Position numbers and translations under genes: made by a program. Positions 44,564-53,906 of a DNA stretch of 58,940 bases are shown here, piece by piece (the first letter of the stretch is position 1; each line of letters opens with the position of its first letter). Below the pieces are notes generated by a model. The model was not told where the DNA came from and ran no database searches. It was given only the letters and a program-made list of their open reading frames with translations. This DNA comes from an uncultured Candidatus Saccharibacteria bacterium (lineage in GTDB: Bacteria > Patescibacteriota > Doudnabacteria > UBA920): positions 101,608 through 160,547 of the forward strand of contig CAYLIB010000002.1 in the NCBI GenBank assembly GCA_964384035.1, in the 5' to 3' direction.

Positions 44564-45805
44564 ATGCAAATAAGTAAGAATCAAAAATTAGTTACTTCTA
44601 TTTTAGTATTTATATTGTTCTTATTGGTCGGATTATATTTTTACTTCCTACCTGGGTTATCAGATATTTTACCAGCTTTGTTACCTGCGAAAAAACACCT
44701 TATTCCAACTATACACGAAACTAAAAAATCTAATAATTTAACATCTGGTAATTTTACCGGAATACCACTTAATATACCTAGTAATCTTAGGATAGATGTT
44801 TATGCGAAAGACTTGGGGAAACCGAGAGACTTAATCGAAGATTCACAAGGAAACATTTTAGTAAGTATTCCAGAAAGAGGTCAGGTGCTAGCACTACTAG
44901 ACACGCGTGGTAACGGTCTATCTGATAAAACTCAGGTCATCATCGAAAAGTTAAAACAACCCCATGGACTGGCTTTTTCAGGAGACACGCTTTTCATTGC
45001 GGAAACAAATAAAGTGGTAAGTTATTCTTACGATCCAAAGAGTCATTCAGTTTCCAATGCTAAAAAATTATTTGACCTACCCGGGGGAAGTAATCATTGG
45101 TCTAGGAGTCTTTTGGTTTCAGGTTATCAAGGTAAGCAAAAATTATTTATCTCTATAGGCTCATCCTGTAATGCATGTGAAGAAGTAGATCCTCGAAGAG
45201 CAGCAGTATGGTTTGCTAATCTAGACGGTTCAGATTTGAGAAGCTTCTCGACTGGTCTAAGGAACTCAGTTTTTCTAACCACACACCCAAATACTGGTGA
45301 AATTTGGGCTACCGATAACGGACGAGATAGGCTAGGCGACGAGCTTCCACCCGAAGAAGTAAATGTTTTAAAAGAAGGTTATTTTTTCGGCTGGCCGTTC
45401 TGTTATGGTGATGGGGTTATTGATGAGTCTTTAGGTACAAGTGTAAATAAAGAAAAAGTATGCAAGAAAAGCGCTAATCCTGTTGTAAAAATGCCCGCCC
45501 ATAGCGCACCCCTCGGCCTTGCATTTATTCCTGAGAATTTTGACGGATCAAAAAATAATCTCCTTGTAGCCTTTCATGGTTCATGGAACAGTACAGTACC
45601 AACTGGTTATAAAATAGTAAAAATTCACCTTTCAGATTCAGGAAGCTACGAAGATATTGAAGACTATATTTCCGGTTGGCTACCTAGTGCAAGTTCAGCT
45701 CAGGTTTATGGGAGGCCTGTGGATATTTTATTTTCAAAAAAAGGTTTAGGTTATATTTCTGACGACAAAGCCGGGTTAGTCTATAAAATAACTTATATAA
45801 ATTAA
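44564..45805 (+). CDS. PQQ-dependent sugar (glucose/sorbosone) dehydrogenase-like beta-propeller protein
   Basis: N-terminal TM/signal; PHGLAF, GLRNSV, NGRDRLGDELPPEE and FGWPFCYG motifs. Confidence 0.7.
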   Translation: MQISKNQKLVTSILVFILFLLVGLYFYFLPGLSDILPALLPAKKHLIPTIHETKKSNNLTSGNFTGIPLNIPSNLRIDVYAKDLGKPRDLIEDSQGNILVSIPERGQVLALLDTRGNGLSDKTQVIIEKLKQPHGLAFSGDTLFIAETNKVVSYSYDPKSHSVSNAKKLFDLPGGSNHWSRSLLVSGYQGKQKLFISIGSSCNACEEVDPRRAAVWFANLDGSDLRSFSTGLRNSVFLTTHPNTGEIWATDNGRDRLGDELPPEEVNVLKEGYFFGWPFCYGDGVIDESLGTSVNKEKVCKKSANPVVKMPAHSAPLGLAFIPENFDGSKNNLLVAFHGSWNSTVPTGYKIVKIHLSDSGSYEDIEDYISGWLPSASSAQVYGRPVDILFSKKGLGYISDDKAGLVYKITYIN

Positions 45806-45808
45806 TCT

Positions 45809-47020
45809 ATGACAAACGAACAGATTATTCGTATTGCCCGAGGGGGAGGAGGGGGTAGTGGTGGAGGAGGTGGAGGAAGCTCAGGTAGTCACAGTAGTTA
45901 TTCATCTGGTGGTAGTGGCACAGGGATTAATGATAGTGGCTTAGGTGGAGTAGTAATCGCTATTTTTCTTGTTTTCATAGTTTTAGTAATAGTAATGGCC
46001 AGAAGAGCGGAATTAAGTAGAAAGAAGGCATCAGAACAAGCGAAAAATGATTGGCTAGAAAAATCAGGAGTCAGCTGGGAAACTTTTGTGGTCCAGTTTA
46101 AGCAGTTGTTCTTCGACTTTCAGGAATCATGGAGTAAATTCGACTTAGAAAAACTACAAACAACCGTCACAGAAAACTACTACAAACGTTTAGTCTTAGA
46201 GTTGGGTGTTCTACAAGCAGAAAAACGAGTAAATTTAATGGAAAGTATTTTTGTCTCTCATGTGGGTGTTATACCCGAGATAGGCTTTTTAAATACAGCA
46301 AATAATGTTGTCTTAGAGGTAACCGCAAGCGCAAGAGATACTCTTTACGATCAAGACCAAGACAAGAAACTATATGTAGACAGTGGTTCGTTTACTGAAT
46401 ACTGGCATGTGGTAAAAGTAGGTGACGCATGGAAGTTAGATCTCATTACTCAGTCCACCGAAGACACCACAAAAACTGAATGGTCAATTGCTGAATTTGC
46501 TAAAACTAATAACTTCTTTTTCGACCCTGACTTTGGTTGGCTAATGATGCCCAACAAAGGTATTATTTTTAATCAAACTAGTTTCGGTAGATCAGATATT
46601 AATAATCACGTTATCGGTTATTATAGGAACAAAATAGTCGAATTCTATACTTATATTCCAGGAGTGAGCAGTGCCAAAAATTATTTAATAGCCCAGACTA
46701 TTCTTCCCAAAGAATATAAAAATATACTTATTAAAAAGAAGGGTTTTATAGAACCAAAACCTAAAGGTTTAAATAAGCAAGAACTCGAATGGCCGGATTT
46801 TAATAATAAGTTCACCCTTTGGGCACACCCAGAAGATAAAGTTAATTCGCTAGAATTATTGACGCCAAATTTTATGGAGAAAATCTACGACCTACCTTTC
46901 GAATTAAACATTGAAATTGTGGGTCCATTCCTGTATTTTTACTCAGAAGACAGGCGTGATGTCAGTTACCAGCAAATGCTCGAAGTGTTATCTTGGGCAT
47001 TCGACGAAATGAAAATGTAA
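45809..47020 (+). CDS. Membrane protein with Gly-rich N-terminus and Tim44-like domain
   Basis: GGGGGSGGGGGGSSG tract, one TM helix, then a Tim44-like region (WETFVVQFKQLFFDFQESWSKFDLEKL). Recognition is tentative. Confidence 0.5.
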   Translation: MTNEQIIRIARGGGGGSGGGGGGSSGSHSSYSSGGSGTGINDSGLGGVVIAIFLVFIVLVIVMARRAELSRKKASEQAKNDWLEKSGVSWETFVVQFKQLFFDFQESWSKFDLEKLQTTVTENYYKRLVLELGVLQAEKRVNLMESIFVSHVGVIPEIGFLNTANNVVLEVTASARDTLYDQDQDKKLYVDSGSFTEYWHVVKVGDAWKLDLITQSTEDTTKTEWSIAEFAKTNNFFFDPDFGWLMMPNKGIIFNQTSFGRSDINNHVIGYYRNKIVEFYTYIPGVSSAKNYLIAQTILPKEYKNILIKKKGFIEPKPKGLNKQELEWPDFNNKFTLWAHPEDKVNSLELLTPNFMEKIYDLPFELNIEIVGPFLYFYSEDRRDVSYQQMLEVLSWAFDEMKM

Positions 47021-47026
47021 AATTTT

Positions 47027-48235
47027 ATGAACAAAAAGAGTATATATTTAGACTATGCCGCAACAACCCCGTTAAGACCCGAAGTGGTAAAAGCCATGGC
47101 GCCTTTCTGGAGTAAATCCTTTGGTAATCCTTCGAGTCTTTACAGTATAGGTAAGGAAGCGAATTTGGCTCTAGTCGCCGCAAGAAAAAAGGTGTCAGAG
47201 TTGCTAAAGGTAAAATCTGATGAGATAGTTTTCACTGCTGGCGGAAGTGAGAGTTTGAACCTGGCAATTTTAGGATCTGCGAAGGCATATAGAAAAATAA
47301 ATAAAACCGGTGGGCATATTATAAGTTCAAGTATAGAGCATAAAACTGTCTTAAGCTGTTTAGGGCAGCTGGAAAATGAAGGCTTTACGGTTACTCGTGT
47401 AGACGTAGATAAGGAAGGTTTTTTTAATTCCGATTCTATAAACAAAGCTGTAGAAAAAGATACTTTTTTGGTCACGCTCATTTATGCGAATAACGAAATA
47501 GGTACAATCGAACCTATTTCCCAAATTGGCAAAATGTTAAACGGTTTAAATAAGCGAAGAGAAAAAGATTATTTACCAAAAATAGTTTTTCATACAGATG
47601 CTTGCCAGGCTTCAGGATTTTTAGACATTACACCTAATAACCTGGGTGTGGACTTATTGACTATAAATGGAAGTAAAATTTATGGACCAAAGCAGACTGG
47701 CTGTTTATATGTAAAAAAAGGTACTAGCTTAGAACCGATTATTTATGGAGGTGGACAGGAGAGGGGTTTAAGAAGTGGAACCGAAAACGTTCCTGGTGTA
47801 TTAGGTTTTGCAACCGCTTTAACACTTTCTAATAAAGAAAAAAACAAAGAAGCAAAAAGACTATCTGGGTTAAGGGATTGGTTCATAAAAGAAGTACTAA
47901 AAAAAGTACAGGATACAAAACTAAATGGTCCAACTAATAGTGATCGTCTACCAAATAATATAAATGTATCTTTTTCGGGTTGCGAAGGCGAAGCCTTAAT
48001 GTTCTATTTAGACGCCAAGGGCTTTGCTGTTTCCACCGGCAGTGCGTGCACTTCAAGTTCAAGCGAACCTTCTCATGTACTAGAAGCAATCGGGCTTGAT
48101 AAAACTCACTTAGACGGTAGTCTCAGAATTACTCTCGGAAAATACACATCAAAAAAAGATTTAGAATCTTTAATGAAAATTTTGCCAAATATAGTTGCGC
48201 AGCAAAGGAAAGTAAAAAATTTACATAATGTTTAG
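47027..48235 (+). CDS. Cysteine desulfurase (NifS/IscS class V aminotransferase)
   Basis: YLDYAATTP, FTAGGSESLN, HTDACQA, INGSKIYGPK and SGSACTS. Confidence 0.88.
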   Translation: MNKKSIYLDYAATTPLRPEVVKAMAPFWSKSFGNPSSLYSIGKEANLALVAARKKVSELLKVKSDEIVFTAGGSESLNLAILGSAKAYRKINKTGGHIISSSIEHKTVLSCLGQLENEGFTVTRVDVDKEGFFNSDSINKAVEKDTFLVTLIYANNEIGTIEPISQIGKMLNGLNKRREKDYLPKIVFHTDACQASGFLDITPNNLGVDLLTINGSKIYGPKQTGCLYVKKGTSLEPIIYGGGQERGLRSGTENVPGVLGFATALTLSNKEKNKEAKRLSGLRDWFIKEVLKKVQDTKLNGPTNSDRLPNNINVSFSGCEGEALMFYLDAKGFAVSTGSACTSSSSEPSHVLEAIGLDKTHLDGSLRITLGKYTSKKDLESLMKILPNIVAQQRKVKNLHNV

Positions 48236-48977
48236 AACTCGAATAGCCAAGGATATTGTTTGCGAATTTCTACCCCCAGCTAGGAAAATCAAAAAAACTA
48301 AAGTTATTATTTACGCTCCCGGTTTTCCAAGTTCGCCTAGCAAAAACACTTTAGCGGAATTCTATTCCAAAAAAGGTTTTTGGGTTTTCATTCCCCGTTA
48401 CCGCGGCGCTTGGGAAAGTGGGGGAGAGCTTCTTAGAAACGAACCCACGGAAGATATTAAAGACGTTATCGATGCAATTTACAAAGGTTTTAAAGATATT
48501 CCTTTTTCCGCCATTCAAAAACCAACTACTTTTAAATTAAATCCTGATTCTTTGTTACTCATAGGTTGTAGCTTTGGGGGGCCTGCTATGCTTTTAAATT
48601 CAAAAGACCCAAGGGTTACCAAAGTTATCTGTCTTTCCCCAGTAGTAGATTGGAAAAATCCTAGTAGGGTAGAGCGCGCCAAATGGTTTTGGCCTTTTGT
48701 TAATGAGGCCTACGGCGAAGCATTTAGGATAAATAAAGAAGGTATAAAAAAACTATATAAAACAAATTTTTATAACCCATCAAAACAATTAGAAAAAATA
48801 GATGGCAGTAGAATTACTATTTTTCATGCAAATAACGACGAGGTGGTGTTGCCAGAACCAGTAATAAAGTTTGCAAATGCGACCGAGAGCAGGTTAGTAT
48901 TATTAAAGAAGGGCGGGCATTTAACAAGCAGATTTCTTTTAGGTAAGAAGTATTTAAGAATATTAAACTATAAATAA
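48228..48977 (+). CDS. Alpha/beta hydrolase fold protein
   Basis: Nucleophile elbow GCSFGG; 8-nt overlap with the upstream gene. Confidence 0.6.
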   Translation: MFRTRIAKDIVCEFLPPARKIKKTKVIIYAPGFPSSPSKNTLAEFYSKKGFWVFIPRYRGAWESGGELLRNEPTEDIKDVIDAIYKGFKDIPFSAIQKPTTFKLNPDSLLLIGCSFGGPAMLLNSKDPRVTKVICLSPVVDWKNPSRVERAKWFWPFVNEAYGEAFRINKEGIKKLYKTNFYNPSKQLEKIDGSRITIFHANNDEVVLPEPVIKFANATESRLVLLKKGGHLTSRFLLGKKYLRILNYK

Positions 48978-48978
48978 A

Positions 48979-49314
48979 ATGAGAGAGACTATACAGAACC
49001 CAGCCCAAGCTTCGGGGCAAACTATAGAATCAGGTTTGGGTGGCTCAGTTGATTCAGTTTTGGAAAGGATTCAAAATGATTTCCCGGGTGTGAAGCCTGA
49101 GGATCTATCAGAAGAAGAGAAAGCCGCTGGATCATTAGGACTGTCAGAACTAGGTTCTCCTCTAAGAGTAAACCAGGCCAGACGCCATACCGCAGCAATG
49201 ATAAACAAGGAAAGGGCCAACGTTGGTGGCGGTGACCCGGATAGGCTAAGGGAATTGTCACAGAAATGGCATGACCTTGCGCGTCGCGAATTTGAGTTAA
49301 GGAGCGAAGGCTAG
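48979..49314 (+). CDS. Hypothetical protein
   Basis: 111-aa ORF, by eye GC-richer than its neighbours; no motif. Confidence 0.45.
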   Translation: MRETIQNPAQASGQTIESGLGGSVDSVLERIQNDFPGVKPEDLSEEEKAAGSLGLSELGSPLRVNQARRHTAAMINKERANVGGGDPDRLRELSQKWHDLARREFELRSEG

Positions 49315-49328
49315 CATAAAAGATACTA

Positions 49329-50153
49329 ATGAAAATCGGCGTATTTGATTCAGGGCTTGGGGGTCTAAATATACTGCGGGAGCTTTTAAAAAAACTCCCG
49401 CAGTATGATTATGTATACCTAGGCGACACCAAGAACTTACCTTACGGTGAAAAAACACAAGAGCAAATATTCAAATTTACAAAAAAAGCTGTAAATTATT
49501 TATTTAAAGAACAAGATTGCGCTCTTGTTTTAGTCATGTGTAATACAGCTAGCACCAAAGCTTTAAGAAAATTACAGAGAGAGTGGCTTCCAAAGAATTT
49601 TCCCGACAGAAGAATCCTTGGTCCAATTATTCCCACAGTAGAAACCGTCTGCGCCAATTACTCAAGGACGGTCCTTGAGCAAGGGGGTAGGGTTGGGGTT
49701 TTGGCTACAAAGGCCACGGTTGATTCTAGGGTTTTTGTAAAGGAATTTAAAAAGCTTAATCCGAAGATTCGGGTTTTTCAAAAAGCCGCACCTAAACTAG
49801 TTCCTCTCATTGAGACTGGAAAAGTAAAAGAGTCAGAGATGGTTCTAGATGTTTACCTAAAACCCTTATTGGCTAAGAATATAGACACGTTAATTCTTTC
49901 AGGAAGCACGCATTATTCTGTATTAAAAGGGTATGTTAAAAAAAAGTATGGTAGAGAAATTCGCATCTACTCCCAAGACGAGATTATCCCCGATTCACTT
50001 GAAAAGTACCTGAAGAAACATCTCGAAATATCAGTAAAGTTCTCTAAAAAATCAGAGAGGCTATTTCTAGTTACCAAAACCACTCAGGTAGTTCAGGACT
50101 ACTTGAAAAACAATCTGGATGCCAAATTTAAACTATTACAAGTAATGGTATAA
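49329..50153 (+). CDS. murI: Glutamate racemase
   Basis: GVFDSGLGGL, YLGDTKNLPYGEK and CNTAS motifs. Confidence 0.9.
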   Translation: MKIGVFDSGLGGLNILRELLKKLPQYDYVYLGDTKNLPYGEKTQEQIFKFTKKAVNYLFKEQDCALVLVMCNTASTKALRKLQREWLPKNFPDRRILGPIIPTVETVCANYSRTVLEQGGRVGVLATKATVDSRVFVKEFKKLNPKIRVFQKAAPKLVPLIETGKVKESEMVLDVYLKPLLAKNIDTLILSGSTHYSVLKGYVKKKYGREIRIYSQDEIIPDSLEKYLKKHLEISVKFSKKSERLFLVTKTTQVVQDYLKNNLDAKFKLLQVMV

Positions 50154-50168
50154 TTACTTTGTAGAAAA

Positions 50169-53100
50169 ATGACTAGAAACCAAAATCAATCAGGCTTCAT
50201 CCCGGCCCTGCTCCTACTTTTAGCTGTATCAGGTTTTTTGACTTTGGGTGTAGGTGGCTATAAATATTTAGCTAAAGAAAGGTTAAAGAATACTCCACAA
50301 GTTTCTGTTTCCACTCAAGAAACCGAAAAAACCGAGCCAACTTCTTTAGTCCAAAGTTCCACTCCTCAAGTAGCAGGTCTTTCCACAACCACACCAGAAG
50401 TAAAAACTATTGTTCGGACCCAAAAATTATCCACAGAACAAGTAAGGCTCGCTGTTGCAGATGAAATGAAGGCTTTGCTTGCTCAAGGTCTACTTCAAGG
50501 GCCCAAAGGTGAGAAAGGGGATAAAGGGGGTTCGGTTGCCACGCCTGATTCAGTAAACAACCTAGGACAAGTTCTGGGAATTTCCACTCAAGCCCAGTCC
50601 ACCCCACTCCCACAATACGCACCTATTTTCTACAACCCTGGTAACCCTCAAACTCTTCAAAGTCCAATCAGTAGTATAGGGGCGACAAATATTACCACGG
50701 ATAAATTGAGTGTGAACCAAAACTTTACAGTTACCGGAAATAGCAGCTTAAATGGAAATATTTCTGTTACCGGAAGCATTAGTTCTAGTGGAGTGGAAGC
50801 TTCGATTGCGAGAAATGTCACGGCTGGTAGGGTAGACTCTTCAGATCTTCTTACCATGAATGGTGGTGGTAGTTTTTATAATGAAAATCAGCATTGGGTT
50901 CAGGTGGGGTCAGATGGATATCCGAGGTTTGTATATATAGCTAATGGTTATACAGAGGTTCGTTTTGTTCAGTGTACAAACTCGGATTGTTCAACAAAGG
51001 TAAATACGGTACTCGTCACAAACTCAAATGGGGTAGATGCACCTACTTTAAAAATTGGCACGGATGGTTACGCGAGAATTTCTTATATAACTTACGATAG
51101 CCCCAATCAGCTCCATTATATAAAATGTACGAATGCTAGTTGTTCTTCAAACACTGATACTTTAGTTGATGTTAGCAATTCTACAGGTCTGACTAATTTT
51201 TACACTGCAACTTTAGCGATAGGAGCAGATGGTTACGCTAATATTCTGTACGACAATTATGGTGCATCAAAGGCACTTAAACTGGCGCAGTGTACCAATG
51301 AGGCTTGTTCTACAAAAAATTTGACCACTTTAACTACTAGTACTGGTTATTTGGAAAATAGTCAGATACAAATGGCATCAGACGGTTTTGCTAGAATTGC
51401 TTTCGTAGATGAAGGGAGTCCTAATCAAATTCGCTATATAAAATGTACAAATGCGAGTTGTTCTGCAAATTCGAATAATTTAGTCTTTAGCGCTGCAGGG
51501 AGTTTGTACTATATCAGCATGGAATTGGGGTTGGATGGATTCGGGAGAATATTTTTCTCCGAATCGTCTGGAGGTGGATACCAGTATATCCAATGCACTA
51601 ACGACCTTTGTACTTCTAAGGCTCTTACTACAATAGAAGCTAGTTCTACTAGTTTCGGTGTTTCTGCAAGAGTGAGTTCGGATGGTAAAGTATCGCTCTT
51701 GCACAGTAGGGGAAATGGGTCTCCTTTGATATATACAAAGTGTTTGAGTGATGATTGTGTGACAAAGACTACTACAGTAATTTCATCGACAGCTGGTGGT
51801 GCACCCCTCTCGTTTGCATTTGATACCAGCAATTTGCCTCATATTTTCTACGCTAAATCCAGTGGGGGTACTATCCTTTCCTACACCAAATTTGGAACCT
51901 CAAATGGTGTACCAGTAATAAATAACGCAGGTTCAAGCTTGGGTTCTAGTTCAAATCCATATTCCAATTTGTATGCCAATGGCTTAAGTCTATATGAGGA
52001 CACATATTTATTGAGTTCCAGGGGAGTCTTGAATATTGGAGCTTCCTCAAGTGCCTTTGATGGCACTACTAATGGGTATTTCAACGGGTCATCTAGTGGA
52101 ACTCAAATAGCAGTTAATGCAAGCTCAAGTTTCGGTGGTAATTTCATAGATCTTCAGCAGGCGGGTTCAAGTAAGTTCAAGGTTAGTAGTGCTGGGGTCA
52201 CGGTACAAGGTATAAATACAACCATTCAAAATGGACAACTTATTGTAACAAGTGACGCTACTGGAGATACACAATTAGCACAAATTATTTCTACGAATAA
52301 CGTTGGTAAAACCACAGCACTTTGGACGGCTAATTCCGCTAGTGCTTTTCATCCTAATTCCGGACTACTTTATGGGCCAGAATTACAAATTTTTGCCGAT
52401 GGTAACGCTGGAGCCGGTAAGATTAATTTCTATACAAACGCCGCCAGTGCTTGGGTAGATATCCCTAAGGTCACATTTACAAATACAGGTATAGTCGCCA
52501 TAGGTCTTGGTAACACTGCTCCAGATTCTAGTACTAAACTCCACGTCTCCGGTCACACCCGCATAGACGGTGGTCTCTGTATTCGTAACGCTACTGCCTG
52601 CCCTAGCTACAGTAACGGTCGTCTCTATGTAGATACAGCTGGTACGGTTGGTGGAGATGACCCCGGGGATGTCTTCGATATTGCCGAAATGTATGCCGCA
52701 GATTCAGTTTCTGCTGGAGATGTCATTACAGCAGATAGTACCGTTGGTAGAGTAAAAAAGACAACAGAATTCGGAGAACTAGAACTTCCTAGTGTCACTA
52801 AAGCTAAAAAAGCCTACACCAATATTCTCGGTGTAGTTTCCACTCGTCCTGCTATCACCATTGCCGGTCACTATGTAATCACTGGTCCAGATGGGCAAAA
52901 AGAAAATGCAGATCTCGCTCAGGTAGCCCTCACTGGTCGTGTTCCCGTTAAAGTTTCTACAGAAAATGGAGAAATCCAAATTGGCGACTATCTAACTTCT
53001 TCTAAACTTTTCCCCGGTTATGCTATGAAAGCAACCAGAAGTGGAGAAGTCATAGGTCAAGCACTAGAACCTTACATTTCCACAGAAGCAGGAAAAGTCC

Positions 53101-53855
53101 TAGTCTTCCTAAAACCTGGCTACCAAGTCATTAACAACACATTTGTTTTAGACGTCGAAGATGGACAGCTTACTTCTCAGATATTTAAAATTGAAACCAA
53201 TAATCAAGATACCGCACTCCTAGTAAACCAAAAGGGGAGTGGTAATCTTCTTACTCTACAAAGAGATGGTACAGACTCATTTATTGTTAAAAACAATGGC
53301 AGTGTATATCTCTCATCAAATATCCAAGAAGTAGCTCTCCCTGTGCTAAATGTTTCCAATCAAGACAAAAAACTATTTGTAGTCTATGCGAGTGGGAACA
53401 TAGAAATTACAGGAAATATAAAAGTAGCAAAAGATACAGCGGGGACAGCAGTTGTAAAGATGGGAGATAATCGTGCAGAAGTTGTATTTCAAACCGCATA
53501 CCAGACTATACCCAAAATCACACTTGCTCCTGTGGGTTCGTTTATTCCATATTTCATAGAGCATAAAACTGAAGCCGGGTTCACTATAGTTCTAAAAGAA
53601 CCAGCACCAAGCGATATTAGTTTCGACTGGATAGCTCTAGAACAGCCACAGGAAACACAGTCTAATTCTAAATTACTCATTGAATCATTTGCACCTGCCA
53701 ACCCTGAACCAGTAGTTAATGAAGCTAAAGAGCAAGACCTAGAGCCTGTTGCAACTCCTGAGCCGGAGGAAAATAAGGAAATTAAAACAGATAAACCCAC
53801 AGAACAGACTCCCGAACAAACACTCCCTGAACCCGAAAAACCAAAAACAGAATAA
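50169..53855 (+). CDS. Giant cell-surface protein 1 (1228 aa)
   Basis: N-terminal TM anchor, collagen-like GPKGEKGDKGG, about 7 repeats of ~50-55 aa (six ending in C-T-N-x-x-C-S), Gly/Ser-rich beta-rich region, DVFDIAEMY module, Pro/Glu-rich tail. Confidence 0.8.
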   Translation: MTRNQNQSGFIPALLLLLAVSGFLTLGVGGYKYLAKERLKNTPQVSVSTQETEKTEPTSLVQSSTPQVAGLSTTTPEVKTIVRTQKLSTEQVRLAVADEMKALLAQGLLQGPKGEKGDKGGSVATPDSVNNLGQVLGISTQAQSTPLPQYAPIFYNPGNPQTLQSPISSIGATNITTDKLSVNQNFTVTGNSSLNGNISVTGSISSSGVEASIARNVTAGRVDSSDLLTMNGGGSFYNENQHWVQVGSDGYPRFVYIANGYTEVRFVQCTNSDCSTKVNTVLVTNSNGVDAPTLKIGTDGYARISYITYDSPNQLHYIKCTNASCSSNTDTLVDVSNSTGLTNFYTATLAIGADGYANILYDNYGASKALKLAQCTNEACSTKNLTTLTTSTGYLENSQIQMASDGFARIAFVDEGSPNQIRYIKCTNASCSANSNNLVFSAAGSLYYISMELGLDGFGRIFFSESSGGGYQYIQCTNDLCTSKALTTIEASSTSFGVSARVSSDGKVSLLHSRGNGSPLIYTKCLSDDCVTKTTTVISSTAGGAPLSFAFDTSNLPHIFYAKSSGGTILSYTKFGTSNGVPVINNAGSSLGSSSNPYSNLYANGLSLYEDTYLLSSRGVLNIGASSSAFDGTTNGYFNGSSSGTQIAVNASSSFGGNFIDLQQAGSSKFKVSSAGVTVQGINTTIQNGQLIVTSDATGDTQLAQIISTNNVGKTTALWTANSASAFHPNSGLLYGPELQIFADGNAGAGKINFYTNAASAWVDIPKVTFTNTGIVAIGLGNTAPDSSTKLHVSGHTRIDGGLCIRNATACPSYSNGRLYVDTAGTVGGDDPGDVFDIAEMYAADSVSAGDVITADSTVGRVKKTTEFGELELPSVTKAKKAYTNILGVVSTRPAITIAGHYVITGPDGQKENADLAQVALTGRVPVKVSTENGEIQIGDYLTSSKLFPGYAMKATRSGEVIGQALEPYISTEAGKVLVFLKPGYQVINNTFVLDVEDGQLTSQIFKIETNNQDTALLVNQKGSGNLLTLQRDGTDSFIVKNNGSVYLSSNIQEVALPVLNVSNQDKKLFVVYASGNIEITGNIKVAKDTAGTAVVKMGDNRAEVVFQTAYQTIPKITLAPVGSFIPYFIEHKTEAGFTIVLKEPAPSDISFDWIALEQPQETQSNSKLLIESFAPANPEPVVNEAKEQDLEPVATPEPEENKEIKTDKPTEQTPEQTLPEPEKPKTE

Positions 53856-53906
53856 AATCTCTTATACACACCATGAAAGTGGTGTGTATTTGATATAATA
53901 AATGTA

